From NCBI GenBank assembly GCA_963662285.2, contig CAXXMV010000006.1:704001-768000 (forward strand): a stretch of 64,000 bases of DNA, read 5' to 3'. Under the pieces are notes generated by a model. That model saw nothing but the letters and a program-made list of their open reading frames with translations, did no database searches and was not told where the DNA came from. The DNA is from a bacterium. Lineage in GTDB: Bacteria; Hinthialibacterota; Hinthialibacteria; Hinthialibacterales; Hinthialibacteraceae. This document shows positions 1 to 10,229 of this stretch, piece after piece. The position numbers and the translations under genes are program-made. The first letter of the stretch is position 1, and each line of letters begins with the position of its first letter.

Positions 1-1
1 G

Positions 2-637
2 CAAAAAGCGGGCGAGCAAAAAGCGCTTGAGCCGCATCGCACCTATCATTCGCTGGTCAAACAGTATCAGGAAGATTATGGATTGAAAATTATTCTGAAT
101 GATGATGACGAGGTTCCCAGGCGCATCTGCTACGCCATTTATATTGTGGGCAACGCCTTACGCCGTATCCATGTATTAGAGCGCGTCATGCCATACGGAC
201 TCAAACTATACGGTAATCATGAGTGGCTCGATGTCCTGGGCGATCACCCGTTGCGTGAGTGCTATATGGGGCCGGCTGATCCACAAAAGGATGTACCGGA
301 TATTTTTGTCTCCAGCATTATCAACCTGAACATCCATAGCCTCCACGCTTTAACCAGCCTCAACCAGCGCGATTTTAACTGTCCGCTGCTGGGGGCTTTT
401 CTCTTAACCGATTGGGTAGAGGGCGCCGATGCATTTTTTGAACCGGATCGGGAAATGGCGTTCTATCATGACCTCGATGAGTTGGATGACAAAGTACGCT
501 TCTATCTGGATAACGCCGACGCCCGCCAGCAGATCATCAACTGCGGCAGAGAGCGCGTGCTCCGTCAACACACCTACGCCGCACGCGTCCCCAAAGTTCT
601 GGATACGCTTAGAGACCGTATTAGAGAACGGTATTAG
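2..637 (+). CDS. Glycosyltransferase, CgeB/Glyco_trans_1_2-like C-terminal part (5' end outside window)
   Basis: Frame is open from base 2. Contains INLNIH..LNQRDFNCPLLGAFLLTD, ELDDKVRFYL and GRERVLRQHTYAARV, typical of this GT family. Confidence 0.8.
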   Translation, partial: QKAGEQKALEPHRTYHSLVKQYQEDYGLKIILNDDDEVPRRICYAIYIVGNALRRIHVLERVMPYGLKLYGNHEWLDVLGDHPLRECYMGPADPQKDVPDIFVSSIINLNIHSLHALTSLNQRDFNCPLLGAFLLTDWVEGADAFFEPDREMAFYHDLDELDDKVRFYLDNADARQQIINCGRERVLRQHTYAARVPKVLDTLRDRIRERY

Positions 638-641
638 ACAT

Positions 642-671
642 GTAGGGTAGGTCACGCCTTATCGACCCACC
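642..671 (+). repeat. GTAG-type REP-like palindrome (family B)
   Basis: GTAGGGTAGGTC-acgccttatc-GACCCACC just after a stop codon. Near-identical copies at 10072-10104 and 12981-13017. Confidence 0.65.
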
Positions 672-692
672 GTAAGCCAGTTCAGTCAACCA

Positions 693-742
693 GGGTGGCT
701 TGATCAAGGGCTGAGCGCATTGCGCTCTTGCCCTTGGCACCC
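693..742 (+). repeat. REP-like palindromic repeat family A, copy 1
   Basis: GGGTGGCTTGATCAAGGGCTGAGCGCATTGCGCTCTTGCCCTTGGCACCC; five copies in the window. Confidence 0.85.
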
Positions 743-863
743 TGCCCCTACCCATGCAAATAAATCACCTGGATGCATAATATATTTATCAATATTGTTA
801 GCTCAACACAATCCTCAGACGTTTATTATATAGAAGCGTGAATCATGAACGGGGAGACCGCCT

Positions 864-1439
864 TTGGATGACAACTTGCTGATTGAACGGGCTTTGCAAG
901 GAGATCAATCCTGTTTCACCGCTTTGATCGAACGGCATCGCCGTTATATCTATTGCATCGCCTATAAGATCACGCTTCATGAAGAAGATGCGCTGGACGT
1001 TTGTCAATTGGTTTATATCAAACTGATGAACCGGCTTGATTCATACCAGCCCGGTGGCTCATTCAAATCATGGCTGGCGGTTATGACCGCTAACACCGCC
1101 ATCGACTTTCTGCGCAGGTCGTGTAGAAAAGAACATGCCACCGATCCCGTGGTTTTATGCGGGATAGTCGAATCATCCGTCGAAGGCGAAATGGCAAGCA
1201 TCCGCCTGGATATTGATCAACAACGGCGTATGGAGCAAGTGCAACATGCCATGGTGCAGCTCTCTCCCCAGCAACGCGCCATATTCTCGCTGCGCTTTTA
1301 TGAAGATATGGCAACCCGCGATATCGCTAATGAATTGGGCGTCACCAATAAACAGATACGGGTTCAACTTTGCCGCGCCGTCCAAAAACTGCGCGACGCG
1401 TTGAACACGGTTGACGAGTATGAAAAACAGACAGGATAA
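864..1439 (+). CDS. ECF RNA polymerase sigma factor
   Basis: Region 2 (EDALDVCQLVYIK, SFKSWLAVMTANTAIDFLR) and region 4 (LSPQQRAIFSLRFYEDMATRDIANELG). GGAG precedes the TTG start. Confidence 0.9.
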   Translation: MDDNLLIERALQGDQSCFTALIERHRRYIYCIAYKITLHEEDALDVCQLVYIKLMNRLDSYQPGGSFKSWLAVMTANTAIDFLRRSCRKEHATDPVVLCGIVESSVEGEMASIRLDIDQQRRMEQVQHAMVQLSPQQRAIFSLRFYEDMATRDIANELGVTNKQIRVQLCRAVQKLRDALNTVDEYEKQTG

Positions 1440-1443
1440 GAAG

Positions 1444-2022
1444 ATGGACGAATCACGAAAGAATAACAATGTTCAATGGGATGCAATCGCGTCATACATG
1501 GATGGCGACATGGGCAATGACGAGCGCACCGCGTTCGAGCGGCGCCTGGCGGAGGATGCGGCATTACGCCATGATCTCCAATCATGGCGTGACGCGATGG
1601 AGGCGGCGCAGCAGTGGTTTGATGACGATGCGCCCGGAGTGGAGCGCGTTGCAGCGCTGGCTGTTCCGACTATGCCCCGGTTGGATAAGCCATTCCGGTT
1701 TGCGTCATGGCGCAAGTACGCTGCGGCGGCTTTGTTTATCGTCGGTTTCGGCTTGGGCATGTTGACCCAGAAAGAGATCAACTTCGTAGAGCCTCCAAGG
1801 CAGTTGAACCATGACTCCAACCAGACCACCATCAAACAACCATCGCCCATCGCAACGCCCCGCGTACAGCCGCCGCATCAATCACAACCGGAATTAGCTC
1901 TGAATGATGAACCGACCTTCACCCGCCAGGAAGACGGCAAGGTAATAATCGAAACCACCCTGCACGATTCAGGCGCACGGGCTACCTGGATTGTGGATGG
2001 TTCTTTTCAACCGGTTCGTTAA
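1444..2022 (+). CDS. Putative membrane anti-sigma factor
   Basis: Directly follows the ECF gene. N-terminal IASYMDGDMGNDERTAFERRL helix, one TM segment (YAAAALFIVGFGLGML) and a Pro/Gln-rich tail. Start moved to ATG 1444. Confidence 0.75.
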   Translation: MDESRKNNNVQWDAIASYMDGDMGNDERTAFERRLAEDAALRHDLQSWRDAMEAAQQWFDDDAPGVERVAALAVPTMPRLDKPFRFASWRKYAAAALFIVGFGLGMLTQKEINFVEPPRQLNHDSNQTTIKQPSPIATPRVQPPHQSQPELALNDEPTFTRQEDGKVIIETTLHDSGARATWIVDGSFQPVR

Positions 2023-2046
2023 TATGAGGGGTTTTTACCTTAGAAT

Positions 2047-2146
2047 GGGTGGCTTGATCAAGGGTTGGACGCGATGCGGTCTTGCCCTTGGCACCCAGTG
2101 TACCGGCTAGAAGCCGATGCTCCCCTGTTTAATGCTCCCCTGTTTG
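2047..2146 (+). repeat. REP family A copy 2 plus ACCGGCTAGAAGCCGATGCTCCCC unit and a short tandem duplication
   Basis: Family A core at 2047-2096. The unit at 2102-2125 recurs inverted at 35296-35319. ATGCTCCCCTGTTT is duplicated at 2117-2146. Confidence 0.8.
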
Positions 2147-2203
2147 ATGCTTTCTTGGGGGGAGAATTTGAGAATAAATCACTAAACCAATGGAGAGAAT
2201 ATC

Positions 2204-4141
2204 ATGTTAAAACAGACTGCCAAAAATCTCTTTTACATCTTTTTGTTAACGATATCAATCAGCCTAGCCTATGCTGATAATCAGGATGAGCAGGCGGAAT
2301 TATTAGATAACCTTGAGTATGATCAGATAATCCATAGCCCGAACCTGGGCAGCGGGACGCTTGCTCCCGGTGAAACAAAAAATGTCAATGGTTTTGAGTT
2401 GAAATGGATTCCAACAGAGATTGATAGAAAAGAATCATGGGGAAAAATAATTATTAGCGGCCCCAAAAACGGGTATGTTGCGTATGACATTCAAAATGTT
2501 TATGCTGAATTTTCCAGAAGCGAACCATATCAACATTACTTCTCTAATTATGGTTTTTTTTATATCGATAATGTTTATTTTTATTTTAATTTCAAATGCA
2601 AAACTCGCGTAAGCCTTGGAGAGATACGTGATTCTGAATATCCCGAAGGATTGCTGCTAGATTTCTATATGCATCGCCAATCAGATAAACTCCGTACTTC
2701 CGCATGTCCAATGAAATGTCCGCTTTACGTATCGACATTAATCCCGGTTCAATTGGATGATTTGCATATCGTATTATTCAAGGAGGAATTTGAAAATCCA
2801 GACGGAAAGAAGCAATACAAATTTGAAATCACCGACAGTAATAGCAAGGAAAAATGGACTCTGTCAGTTGTCCCGGGAGGACAAATCAATATCGGGCGCT
2901 ACCTTTTTAAGATCAATGAACTCCACCTTTTCCATATAACTAAAACTGTACCATTATCTGTTGATGTCAAGGAAGACCTTTCTGTTAAAGGGAAAAACGC
3001 GTATGTGAAACATTTGGATGTTGAGCGATATACCAAATATATTACTTTCTTTGAAAGTCTTTCTAGAGATTATGGCATGCAAGTAAAGTGGGTAGCATTT
3101 AATAAAAATCATCCCGAATCGATTGAAAGCGCTAAAAATTTTACATTTAAAGAAGGCTACTTACTATCTAGTGAAAATATGGTTGAAAAAAAGGATAAAT
3201 ACGTTGAAAAATTGCTGAACAAACTATTCAACAAGATCAATGAAGAATTTCCAGAAAACGCTCTGGAGTTGCAATGGGAAAATCCCACAACCCTAGTGGT
3301 TCGGCCAAAAAACTACGATATCCTATTAGCGAAGCAGGAGGAAGCAAAGAAACAAAAAGCGCTTAAAGAAGAATTTATTAATCAACATCAACTGACAACC
3401 AAGGTATATGAAATTGGTTTATTAAGTCCAAAAGCAACCGCCGAACTTATATCCCAAAAATTGAAGACCTATAACATTTATCATTCAACAACAACAACGC
3501 CTATATGCATCATTCGCCCTGAAGAAGAAGCGCCGTATACTAATTATAATAAGATAAAGACCCTTAAAGAATACGCCGCAGCTGATGAGAAATCCGGTAT
3601 GCTTTTCGTCACCGCTTTACCTCAAACCCATGAAGCCATCGGGGAGACGCTGGCTAAGCTTAACGCCTATGTTGAAAATTTCCAGCGGCATAGCATCCCA
3701 AAATCATACCCCATCGACATCATTCTGCTATCTGGCGAGAAACTGGATAAAAAGAAGGGTGATGAATCATCTCAAATCACGTCTGACCAATTGAGAGAAT
3801 ACAATATTTCCATCAATGACCTGGAAATATTCGGGCTGAACTCCATCACCGAATTGGCTAGAACCAAAGTGCAGTTAATCGGTGAGCGAGGCGAAATCGG
3901 CAGTTTGCAAGCGGCGTTATCCGATAATTACCATTGTAAGATAAATTTCCTGGATACCCGCAAGCCATATATCATGGTCAAAGGCGGCCTTTACAAGAAG
4001 GACGCTGAGACGCCCATCGTCGAAAACACCATCTTCCTAGAAGAAGCCAAACCGGCCCTGCTGGGGGTAACCAATATGAAAGAAGCCTTGATTTTGATTG
4101 TGAAGATTCCGGGGCAAAAGCGAATGCAGAAAAACGATTAG
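2204..4141 (+). CDS. Secreted protein with a NolW/secretin-N-like segment
   Basis: Signal peptide ending SLAYA. ADEKSGMLFVTALPQTHEAIGETLAKLN resembles a secretin N-terminal repeat. GGAGAG RBS. Confidence 0.6.
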   Translation: MLKQTAKNLFYIFLLTISISLAYADNQDEQAELLDNLEYDQIIHSPNLGSGTLAPGETKNVNGFELKWIPTEIDRKESWGKIIISGPKNGYVAYDIQNVYAEFSRSEPYQHYFSNYGFFYIDNVYFYFNFKCKTRVSLGEIRDSEYPEGLLLDFYMHRQSDKLRTSACPMKCPLYVSTLIPVQLDDLHIVLFKEEFENPDGKKQYKFEITDSNSKEKWTLSVVPGGQINIGRYLFKINELHLFHITKTVPLSVDVKEDLSVKGKNAYVKHLDVERYTKYITFFESLSRDYGMQVKWVAFNKNHPESIESAKNFTFKEGYLLSSENMVEKKDKYVEKLLNKLFNKINEEFPENALELQWENPTTLVVRPKNYDILLAKQEEAKKQKALKEEFINQHQLTTKVYEIGLLSPKATAELISQKLKTYNIYHSTTTTPICIIRPEEEAPYTNYNKIKTLKEYAAADEKSGMLFVTALPQTHEAIGETLAKLNAYVENFQRHSIPKSYPIDIILLSGEKLDKKKGDESSQITSDQLREYNISINDLEIFGLNSITELARTKVQLIGERGEIGSLQAALSDNYHCKINFLDTRKPYIMVKGGLYKKDAETPIVENTIFLEEAKPALLGVTNMKEALILIVKIPGQKRMQKND

Positions 4142-4224
4142 GGGGGGGGGAAGCGCCATTATTATACGTAGGTGGTTTTGGTGGGTCATAAAACGCGACC
4201 CACTCTACGCGAAATACTCAAAAC

Positions 4225-5745
4225 TCATCGTCGTTTGGCCATAACCATGCGGCTGATTTTTTTCTTTTTCGTAGACCCCACATTGCGGACTTTATCTGGA
4301 TCAATTGAGTTGCGGGAGGCCAGGTCTTCATCAAGTTTTTGCTGAAGACCTTCCTGCTTGTTATAACGCTTGATGGCGTCGTTGCACATTTTATGCTGCA
4401 CATCGACCAGTTTCTCCTGGCTGCGTACCACATCTAATTTACGTCGGTGCATTTCAAGCTTTTGTTGAATCTGGATTTTCTTCGCCATCATTTCTTCATA
4501 TTCAGGAGAATTAGGATCAAGAGTTTCAGACGATGATTCAATTTCACTCATCATCTGCTTTAGTTCATCCTGTACGCAACGGAATTCCTGTTCAAACATT
4601 TCTCCAGTATATTCCAGAACATCCTTATGAAGATTCAATATTATGCTTTGGCGCAAGCGCACGCCATGTTGATATGATGGCAATCTATTAAAATCAAAAG
4701 CCACAGCGCTTCTGGCGCGGGCGTATTGTCCCAGATTATTCTTTATCATCTGAATAATTTGCTGAGTATGCTTGGCATGTAAAAGCCCTAGTTTGATCTG
4801 GATTAAAGCGCGCAGATATTTGGGAAACTCAACCAGTATAGGCCGATCCTGTAAATGATAATTAATCAGCATTTCGATCTCACGCAGATCATCAATCGCT
4901 TTGCCTAAAGATAATTTGGCGCGTTCATGCCGTTCCTTGAATTCAACGGTCTTGGTTGTGTCTCCATATCCATTATTAACCAGTTTTTGAATAAAATATT
5001 TCGACATTTCCAACAACAAGTTGCCAGTCATCTCGTTGTATTGAACAACGTCGTATGCTTGATCCAAAGCGGTTGTAAAGAATGCTTTCAGGGGGTCTTC
5101 ATCAGACATGTCGGCGAACCGCATACGCATGGCTTTCACTTCTTCCGGAGAGAATATCAGCGTAATCTCCTGCCGAAGCGAATTATCTCCCTTCTTCTTC
5201 AATGAAGGGAAGAAATGCATCATACGAGTTCGGATTGCTATAACTCCATCCGTCTTTTGTAGGCAAAGCTGGCTTTGAATATCCAACAGAGAGACGAAAA
5301 ACGCCGATACTTCCTTGGTGCTTTTACCGGCTAATTCTCCATCTATATTCTCCATTATCTCGTAAATCTCTTTTTGCTTGCCTTTGATAATGGCGACGCT
5401 GTCTACTGCACCATCTACACCATCAGAAAAAGCGTCCTCATCTTTATAGGAATCTTTGACAGTATTATGGATCACATCGCGAAGAGCTTCCTGTATATTA
5501 CCCCCTTTTTCAATTTGCGAAATCAGCGTATTTGTAAGACGATCAGTATCATCTGCTTGATCATCATCTAATATTTCATCATCTTCAAATTCATCTTCAA
5601 ATTCATCTTCAGCTTCTTGAAATATCTTCTCAACTTTCATTAATTCTTCAACCTGGAGAGAATTCACCTGATTAGTACTCTTTTTACCCTGTGCAGAAGA
5701 TTTCTTTAGCATATCAATATCGCCTTTACGCGTCTTAATCATCAA
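4225..5745 (-). CDS. Hypothetical helical/coiled-coil protein with acidic N-terminal patch
   Basis: 506-aa ORF with an EDEFEDEFEDD tract and heptad-rich C-terminus. The true start may be ATG 5712. Confidence 0.75.
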   Translation of the reverse strand: MMIKTRKGDIDMLKKSSAQGKKSTNQVNSLQVEELMKVEKIFQEAEDEFEDEFEDDEILDDDQADDTDRLTNTLISQIEKGGNIQEALRDVIHNTVKDSYKDEDAFSDGVDGAVDSVAIIKGKQKEIYEIMENIDGELAGKSTKEVSAFFVSLLDIQSQLCLQKTDGVIAIRTRMMHFFPSLKKKGDNSLRQEITLIFSPEEVKAMRMRFADMSDEDPLKAFFTTALDQAYDVVQYNEMTGNLLLEMSKYFIQKLVNNGYGDTTKTVEFKERHERAKLSLGKAIDDLREIEMLINYHLQDRPILVEFPKYLRALIQIKLGLLHAKHTQQIIQMIKNNLGQYARARSAVAFDFNRLPSYQHGVRLRQSIILNLHKDVLEYTGEMFEQEFRCVQDELKQMMSEIESSSETLDPNSPEYEEMMAKKIQIQQKLEMHRRKLDVVRSQEKLVDVQHKMCNDAIKRYNKQEGLQQKLDEDLASRNSIDPDKVRNVGSTKKKKISRMVMAKRR

Positions 5746-5875
5746 TATTTTGTATATATATAGTTTATTATACTTGAAACTGCAAAAAAAATCGAACTAT
5801 TAGAGCGAGAAATCTTCAAAAAAAAACTTGAACGGCTATTCGAACAAAATCAAAAGTTAAAATAGACGAAAAACG

Positions 5876-5913
5876 TGCAATATTAATAGCATCAAGATGC
5901 TATTAATATTGCA
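5876..5913. promoter_or_regulatory. Perfect 18-bp inverted repeat in a divergent intergenic region
   Basis: TGCAATATTAATAGCATC-AA-GATGCTATTAATATTGCA. A second IR with 11-bp arms lies at 5927-5960. Confidence 0.5.
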
Positions 5914-6144
5914 AATATATACTTAAATAAGGAATAGCCTATTTCTCCACTATTCCTTATCTCACGAATTTTGTGCTGCTTACCGATTCAATCAAGCCGG
6001 AATTCGCTTCCTGATAATTATAACAAGGCTTTTTTACTTGAGTTAAATGACATAAACTTTTTTTTACAGATTGATGATATAATTTGCGCAGATATCTATT
6101 ATTCCTAACTTAATCTTTTCACCTGTAAATTTTGGAGTTCAGTA

Positions 6145-6726
6145 ATGGAAGAGAATAAGATTAAAAACCGTATTCTGCTTTGTGAAGACGATCTGACCAG
6201 CCGTCTTCTTCTTTCAACCGTTCTTAAAAAACGCGGTTACGTTATTGTCGGCGAAGCAGAGACTGGAATTGAAGCTATTAACCTTTATGACCAGATGAAG
6301 CCCGATATCGTCTTACTGGATATCCAAATGCCCAAAGGCGGCGGAATTACCACGCTCCGTTTTATGCGCGAATTAAACAAAGAACCTTATATAATAATGT
6401 TAACCGGCGACGATACGCCGCATTCAGTTAACACGACCAAGAGTCTTGGCGCCAACGAGTACGTCTTAAAAACATCGGTCAATGATGCTTCATTTCTCGA
6501 CCGATTAGCTGTTGCCAGCGGATTATACCGGATCGAACCTCTAAAAGAACCTTCTGAAAATAAAGATCATGATGATAATAATGATAACGAGATTAAAGAT
6601 GAAGAAATGAAAAGTTCTGAATCTAAGCCGGAAGGCAATGAAAAAGATATTGCAAAACCTCCTGATTTCGAACCGATAGAAAAGTCAAAAACACCTCGTA
6701 GAATGGTGCGCTACAAACGCCAATAA
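6145..6726 (+). CDS. Response regulator receiver protein with disordered charged tail
   Basis: REC motifs ILLCEDD, PDIVLLDIQMP, IIMLTG and GANEYVLK; no DNA-binding domain. Confidence 0.9.
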   Translation: MEENKIKNRILLCEDDLTSRLLLSTVLKKRGYVIVGEAETGIEAINLYDQMKPDIVLLDIQMPKGGGITTLRFMRELNKEPYIIMLTGDDTPHSVNTTKSLGANEYVLKTSVNDASFLDRLAVASGLYRIEPLKEPSENKDHDDNNDNEIKDEEMKSSESKPEGNEKDIAKPPDFEPIEKSKTPRRMVRYKRQ

Positions 6727-6745
6727 TCAAAGGAATATTACAAAT

Positions 6746-9700
6746 ATGAGACGCACTTATTTAACTAATCCATCATCTTTCCATATAATTATTTTATTTA
6801 CCTTATCCTCATTTTTTTTTGGCATCAATCAGACCAGCGCAAGCCAAATGGGCTGGTCAATTCATTGCTCTAATTCAGATGAATGGAAACTCGTATCCGG
6901 CGATGGATCTTTCACCAAAAGCCAAGACCGATTCACGGCCTTCGCTATCTCCAACACTACCGCAACATGGCGCCTAACCACCGAACCAATCTGGATTTAT
7001 AAATTTTCTGAACTTAAACTGCGCTATCGCTTCAATGGCGCATCAAATCTAAACCAACCAGTCTTATGGTTGCAACCCGGATCAATTGGCCCGGTTACTC
7101 CTGGCGCCAATAACCTGGAAAATCCACTAGCCCGGTCCGGCGCCATGCCGTTATCAATCCCACCCGGCCAGATCAATGGCCAGATCCATGAGTTTAGCGT
7201 CAAAGTGCATCCCACCATAAAGACTGATCAGATAGACCAAATCACTGTGACTCTACAGTCGCTCAACCAACCAGTCTCATTAGAAATTTTTGAACTTTCA
7301 TTCATCAATCCCGATCTGCAATCGGACGCAATAATTTCCTTAGACAACTTAACACCTCTGCCAGATTCCCGGTTTGATCAGGTTATTTCTCCATTAATCC
7401 TCGATCACGCCGATACGCCGCTCAGTCTTCTGACCGACAATCATTCATCTCCACCGGAGAGGGTGCAATGCGCCGCGATTCCTTTTCAAATGCCGCAATC
7501 CAACACAATCCATGCCACAGACCTTAGCCAACGGGGCGCCATTGAACTGGATATCAACCAATCGTGCAGCGAGATATTCCTATTGATGAGTTGCGATCTG
7601 GTGGGAACCGATGACGGATTTGGTTTCTCTCCGCGCACTAAAATAATCGAGCCTGAACGCTTGATAGTACAGTTGGAATATGATGACGGCGCTATAGACC
7701 ATGCTTTTCCCTACAATCTGAATTATTCCGGTTTCGTGGTTAATGCCAGCCAGGTTTGTTCCTACGTCATACCATGCCATGCTCAAAAAACGCTCCAACA
7801 ACTTCGCATCGTTGATATGATGTCTTATGGAAGAGTGATTCTACTTGCGGCCTCAATAAACGCGGGAGCCAAACAACTAGCGACTATTCCTCATGTGCGC
7901 TACCCCAAGAGTCTGCCATCACCAGCCATAAGCCAAATCCCCATTTCCGCGTCCATCGTAGTTCAGGATAACCGCTATATCAAAATCGATAACCACGCTT
8001 ATCGAATGGAGATCGACGCCCGCAGTGGATGCCGTATTACATCTCTGTATCATAAAATCGCTCAAAAAGAGATGCTCTCCCAACCTAGCGCCTTATTCGC
8101 CCTGCAAGCCGGAGGTCTTACAATTTCACCGGATCAATTGCATTTTGAAACCTTCAACGCTTCTTCCGACAACCTGGAACTGGTCTATTCCATCAAGACT
8201 GAGGGCGGCCAACTCGGCGCCAGAGTTAACCTGAAATCCATCACCGCTTCCGAGAGCGCTTTATCCTGCATCATCGAAAACCATAGTTATAACGCCCAGT
8301 CAATCCGCCTGCGGTTCCCCGATCTTCAAGGACTCAAAATCAGCCCTGATCCTGATGATGATTTCTATTTATACCCCCGTAAACGGGCGGCCTGGAGTAA
8401 TCAGCCAGTTAAACTGGGCAGCGAGCATTCCGGTGAGTTCCCGCTTCAGTTTATGGATTTATATTCAGAATCACTGGCCTGCGGAATAGCCCTGCATTCA
8501 CGCGACCAGCATTTGATCGTTAAAAAATACCTCTTCGAAAAAGATCAATCAGGCGTGCGTATGGCCATAGAATACGGCGCCAACCAACCCATCACCATCA
8601 AACCCAAACAAGGTTTTGCCACCCCGCCCTCAGTTCTCCAATTTCACTCCGGCGATTGGCATGCCGCTTTTCAATCATACAAAACTTGGTGCAATACATG
8701 GTATCAACCAAATCCGGCAACCCGGTCTATCCTCAAGGATGTATTCATCTGCCGCAGAGATTACCCCATCGGAGGCACAGGATATCTTTTCGATTTAAAA
8801 AATAACCACTACACACTACCCGACCTGATCGAAGAATCAAATCAAGACTTGGGCGGAATCGATATGATCGATATCTCCAGCTGGGCTTATTCAGAAAAAT
8901 TTGGCCGGGTGGGAGAATATGAAAAATACGAACTGGGAGGCAAAGAAGATTTCCGCCAGAGCATCCAGCAGAGCCATGACCTCAATATCCCGGTTGGACT
9001 CTATTTCGAAAGTTATCTGCTCGATCCCCGCTCGACTGCCGGAAGCCAGTACGGTAAGGACTGGCAGGTAATCGACAAAAACTATAAACCAAAAACATGG
9101 CAGGGCAATGAGGAGATGTATATGTGCGCCTTCGCCCCGGGTTGGAGAAATTTCCTCAGCCAATCCATGTTGAGCGTTGCCAATGATACTGGAGTAGATG
9201 CGGTGTATATGGATCAATACGGTTATGGAAATAGAAACAATACCTGCTTCGCTCCTAACCATAACCATCCCCTGGGAGAACACCCCATCCTGGGAGAGCA
9301 TGGCATGCTTCGTCAGGTGCGGCAGACGCTTAATAAATCAGAACGTCCTGTGGCCCTGTATACCGAACAGGTTCCCAACGATATTTCATCGCAATACGTA
9401 GATGCCGCGTTCGACTATAGTTTTTGGGGCGGTCGCCATTACCAGAGCCAGGCCAAATTACACTTATTCCGCTTCGCTTTCCCTTCTTTCAAAGTAGTGC
9501 AGCTGTTCCACCCCGGAATTGATCCCCGCGCCGCCAGCGCTGAAGACGCCAAATTATGCTTCTTCTATGGTGAAGCTATGTGGTTGAAAGGCCGCGCCAA
9601 ATCATGGTTCAGCAGTGAATGCCGCCAATTCATCAGCAAATCACACCGCATTTTTCAGGATCATATCGGCGCCTTTACCGCACCGGATGTGGAACCAATG

Positions 9701-9949
9701 ATCCCCACCCACCAGCCGGGATTATACGCCAACCGCTTCACCGACAAAAACGAAACCATAATCACTCTATACAACGCAACCCCATTTACCATCCGTGGAT
9801 TATGGTTAACCGAAAAAACAACCAACAGCAATATCACAAACCTATGGGATATATCAGGATTCAGCGTCGAATCATCAGAGGATAATCAACAAATAAGCGG
9901 AACAATCCACCCCCATCAGGTATCATGTCTCTTGATAAAAAAAATGTAG
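6746..9949 (+). CDS. Large secreted putative glycoside hydrolase-like protein (DUF6259-like TIM barrel)
   Basis: Signal peptide. The C-terminal half has HSGDWH, VGLYFESY, MCAFAPGWR, GVDAVYMDQYG..CFAPNHNHP and LYTEQVPND, typical of GH-like barrels. Confidence 0.6.
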   Translation: MRRTYLTNPSSFHIIILFTLSSFFFGINQTSASQMGWSIHCSNSDEWKLVSGDGSFTKSQDRFTAFAISNTTATWRLTTEPIWIYKFSELKLRYRFNGASNLNQPVLWLQPGSIGPVTPGANNLENPLARSGAMPLSIPPGQINGQIHEFSVKVHPTIKTDQIDQITVTLQSLNQPVSLEIFELSFINPDLQSDAIISLDNLTPLPDSRFDQVISPLILDHADTPLSLLTDNHSSPPERVQCAAIPFQMPQSNTIHATDLSQRGAIELDINQSCSEIFLLMSCDLVGTDDGFGFSPRTKIIEPERLIVQLEYDDGAIDHAFPYNLNYSGFVVNASQVCSYVIPCHAQKTLQQLRIVDMMSYGRVILLAASINAGAKQLATIPHVRYPKSLPSPAISQIPISASIVVQDNRYIKIDNHAYRMEIDARSGCRITSLYHKIAQKEMLSQPSALFALQAGGLTISPDQLHFETFNASSDNLELVYSIKTEGGQLGARVNLKSITASESALSCIIENHSYNAQSIRLRFPDLQGLKISPDPDDDFYLYPRKRAAWSNQPVKLGSEHSGEFPLQFMDLYSESLACGIALHSRDQHLIVKKYLFEKDQSGVRMAIEYGANQPITIKPKQGFATPPSVLQFHSGDWHAAFQSYKTWCNTWYQPNPATRSILKDVFICRRDYPIGGTGYLFDLKNNHYTLPDLIEESNQDLGGIDMIDISSWAYSEKFGRVGEYEKYELGGKEDFRQSIQQSHDLNIPVGLYFESYLLDPRSTAGSQYGKDWQVIDKNYKPKTWQGNEEMYMCAFAPGWRNFLSQSMLSVANDTGVDAVYMDQYGYGNRNNTCFAPNHNHPLGEHPILGEHGMLRQVRQTLNKSERPVALYTEQVPNDISSQYVDAAFDYSFWGGRHYQSQAKLHLFRFAFPSFKVVQLFHPGIDPRAASAEDAKLCFFYGEAMWLKGRAKSWFSSECRQFISKSHRIFQDHIGAFTAPDVEPMIPTHQPGLYANRFTDKNETIITLYNATPFTIRGLWLTEKTTNSNITNLWDISGFSVESSEDNQQISGTIHPHQVSCLLIKKM

Positions 9950-10104
9950 GATGGATCAGCTTCACCGATCCATCAAAACCACCTTTGTCTAATCCATTCC
10001 CTCGTGGGCGCCCGAATATCCAAAGTAGGGTGCGCCCCTTGTGGGCGCCCGAACCTATCAACAACCAAAGTGTGGGTCGCGCCTTACCGACTTACCAAAG
10101 CCAC
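9946..10104 (+). repeat. Cluster of GTAG-type REP-like palindromes
   Basis: GTAGGATGGATC..GATCCATC; GTAGGGTGCGCCCCTTGTGGGCGCCC (inverted copy at about 19578-19603); and a family B copy at 10072-10104. Confidence 0.6.
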
Positions 10105-10229
10105 TCAAAAATACCAAATAATCTATGAATTATTCAATTATAGTCTGGTAACAAAATCACTATTTGCTATACTTTTGTTATAAAAAGATTGATATCATAA
10201 TCATTCCATATACGGAAAAAGGAGAAATC

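Noticed and set aside
4141-4150. G10 run (and the C10 run at 35457-35466) as phase-variation tracts
   Set aside because: Both lie at or outside gene ends next to repeat remnants and do not alter a reading frame.
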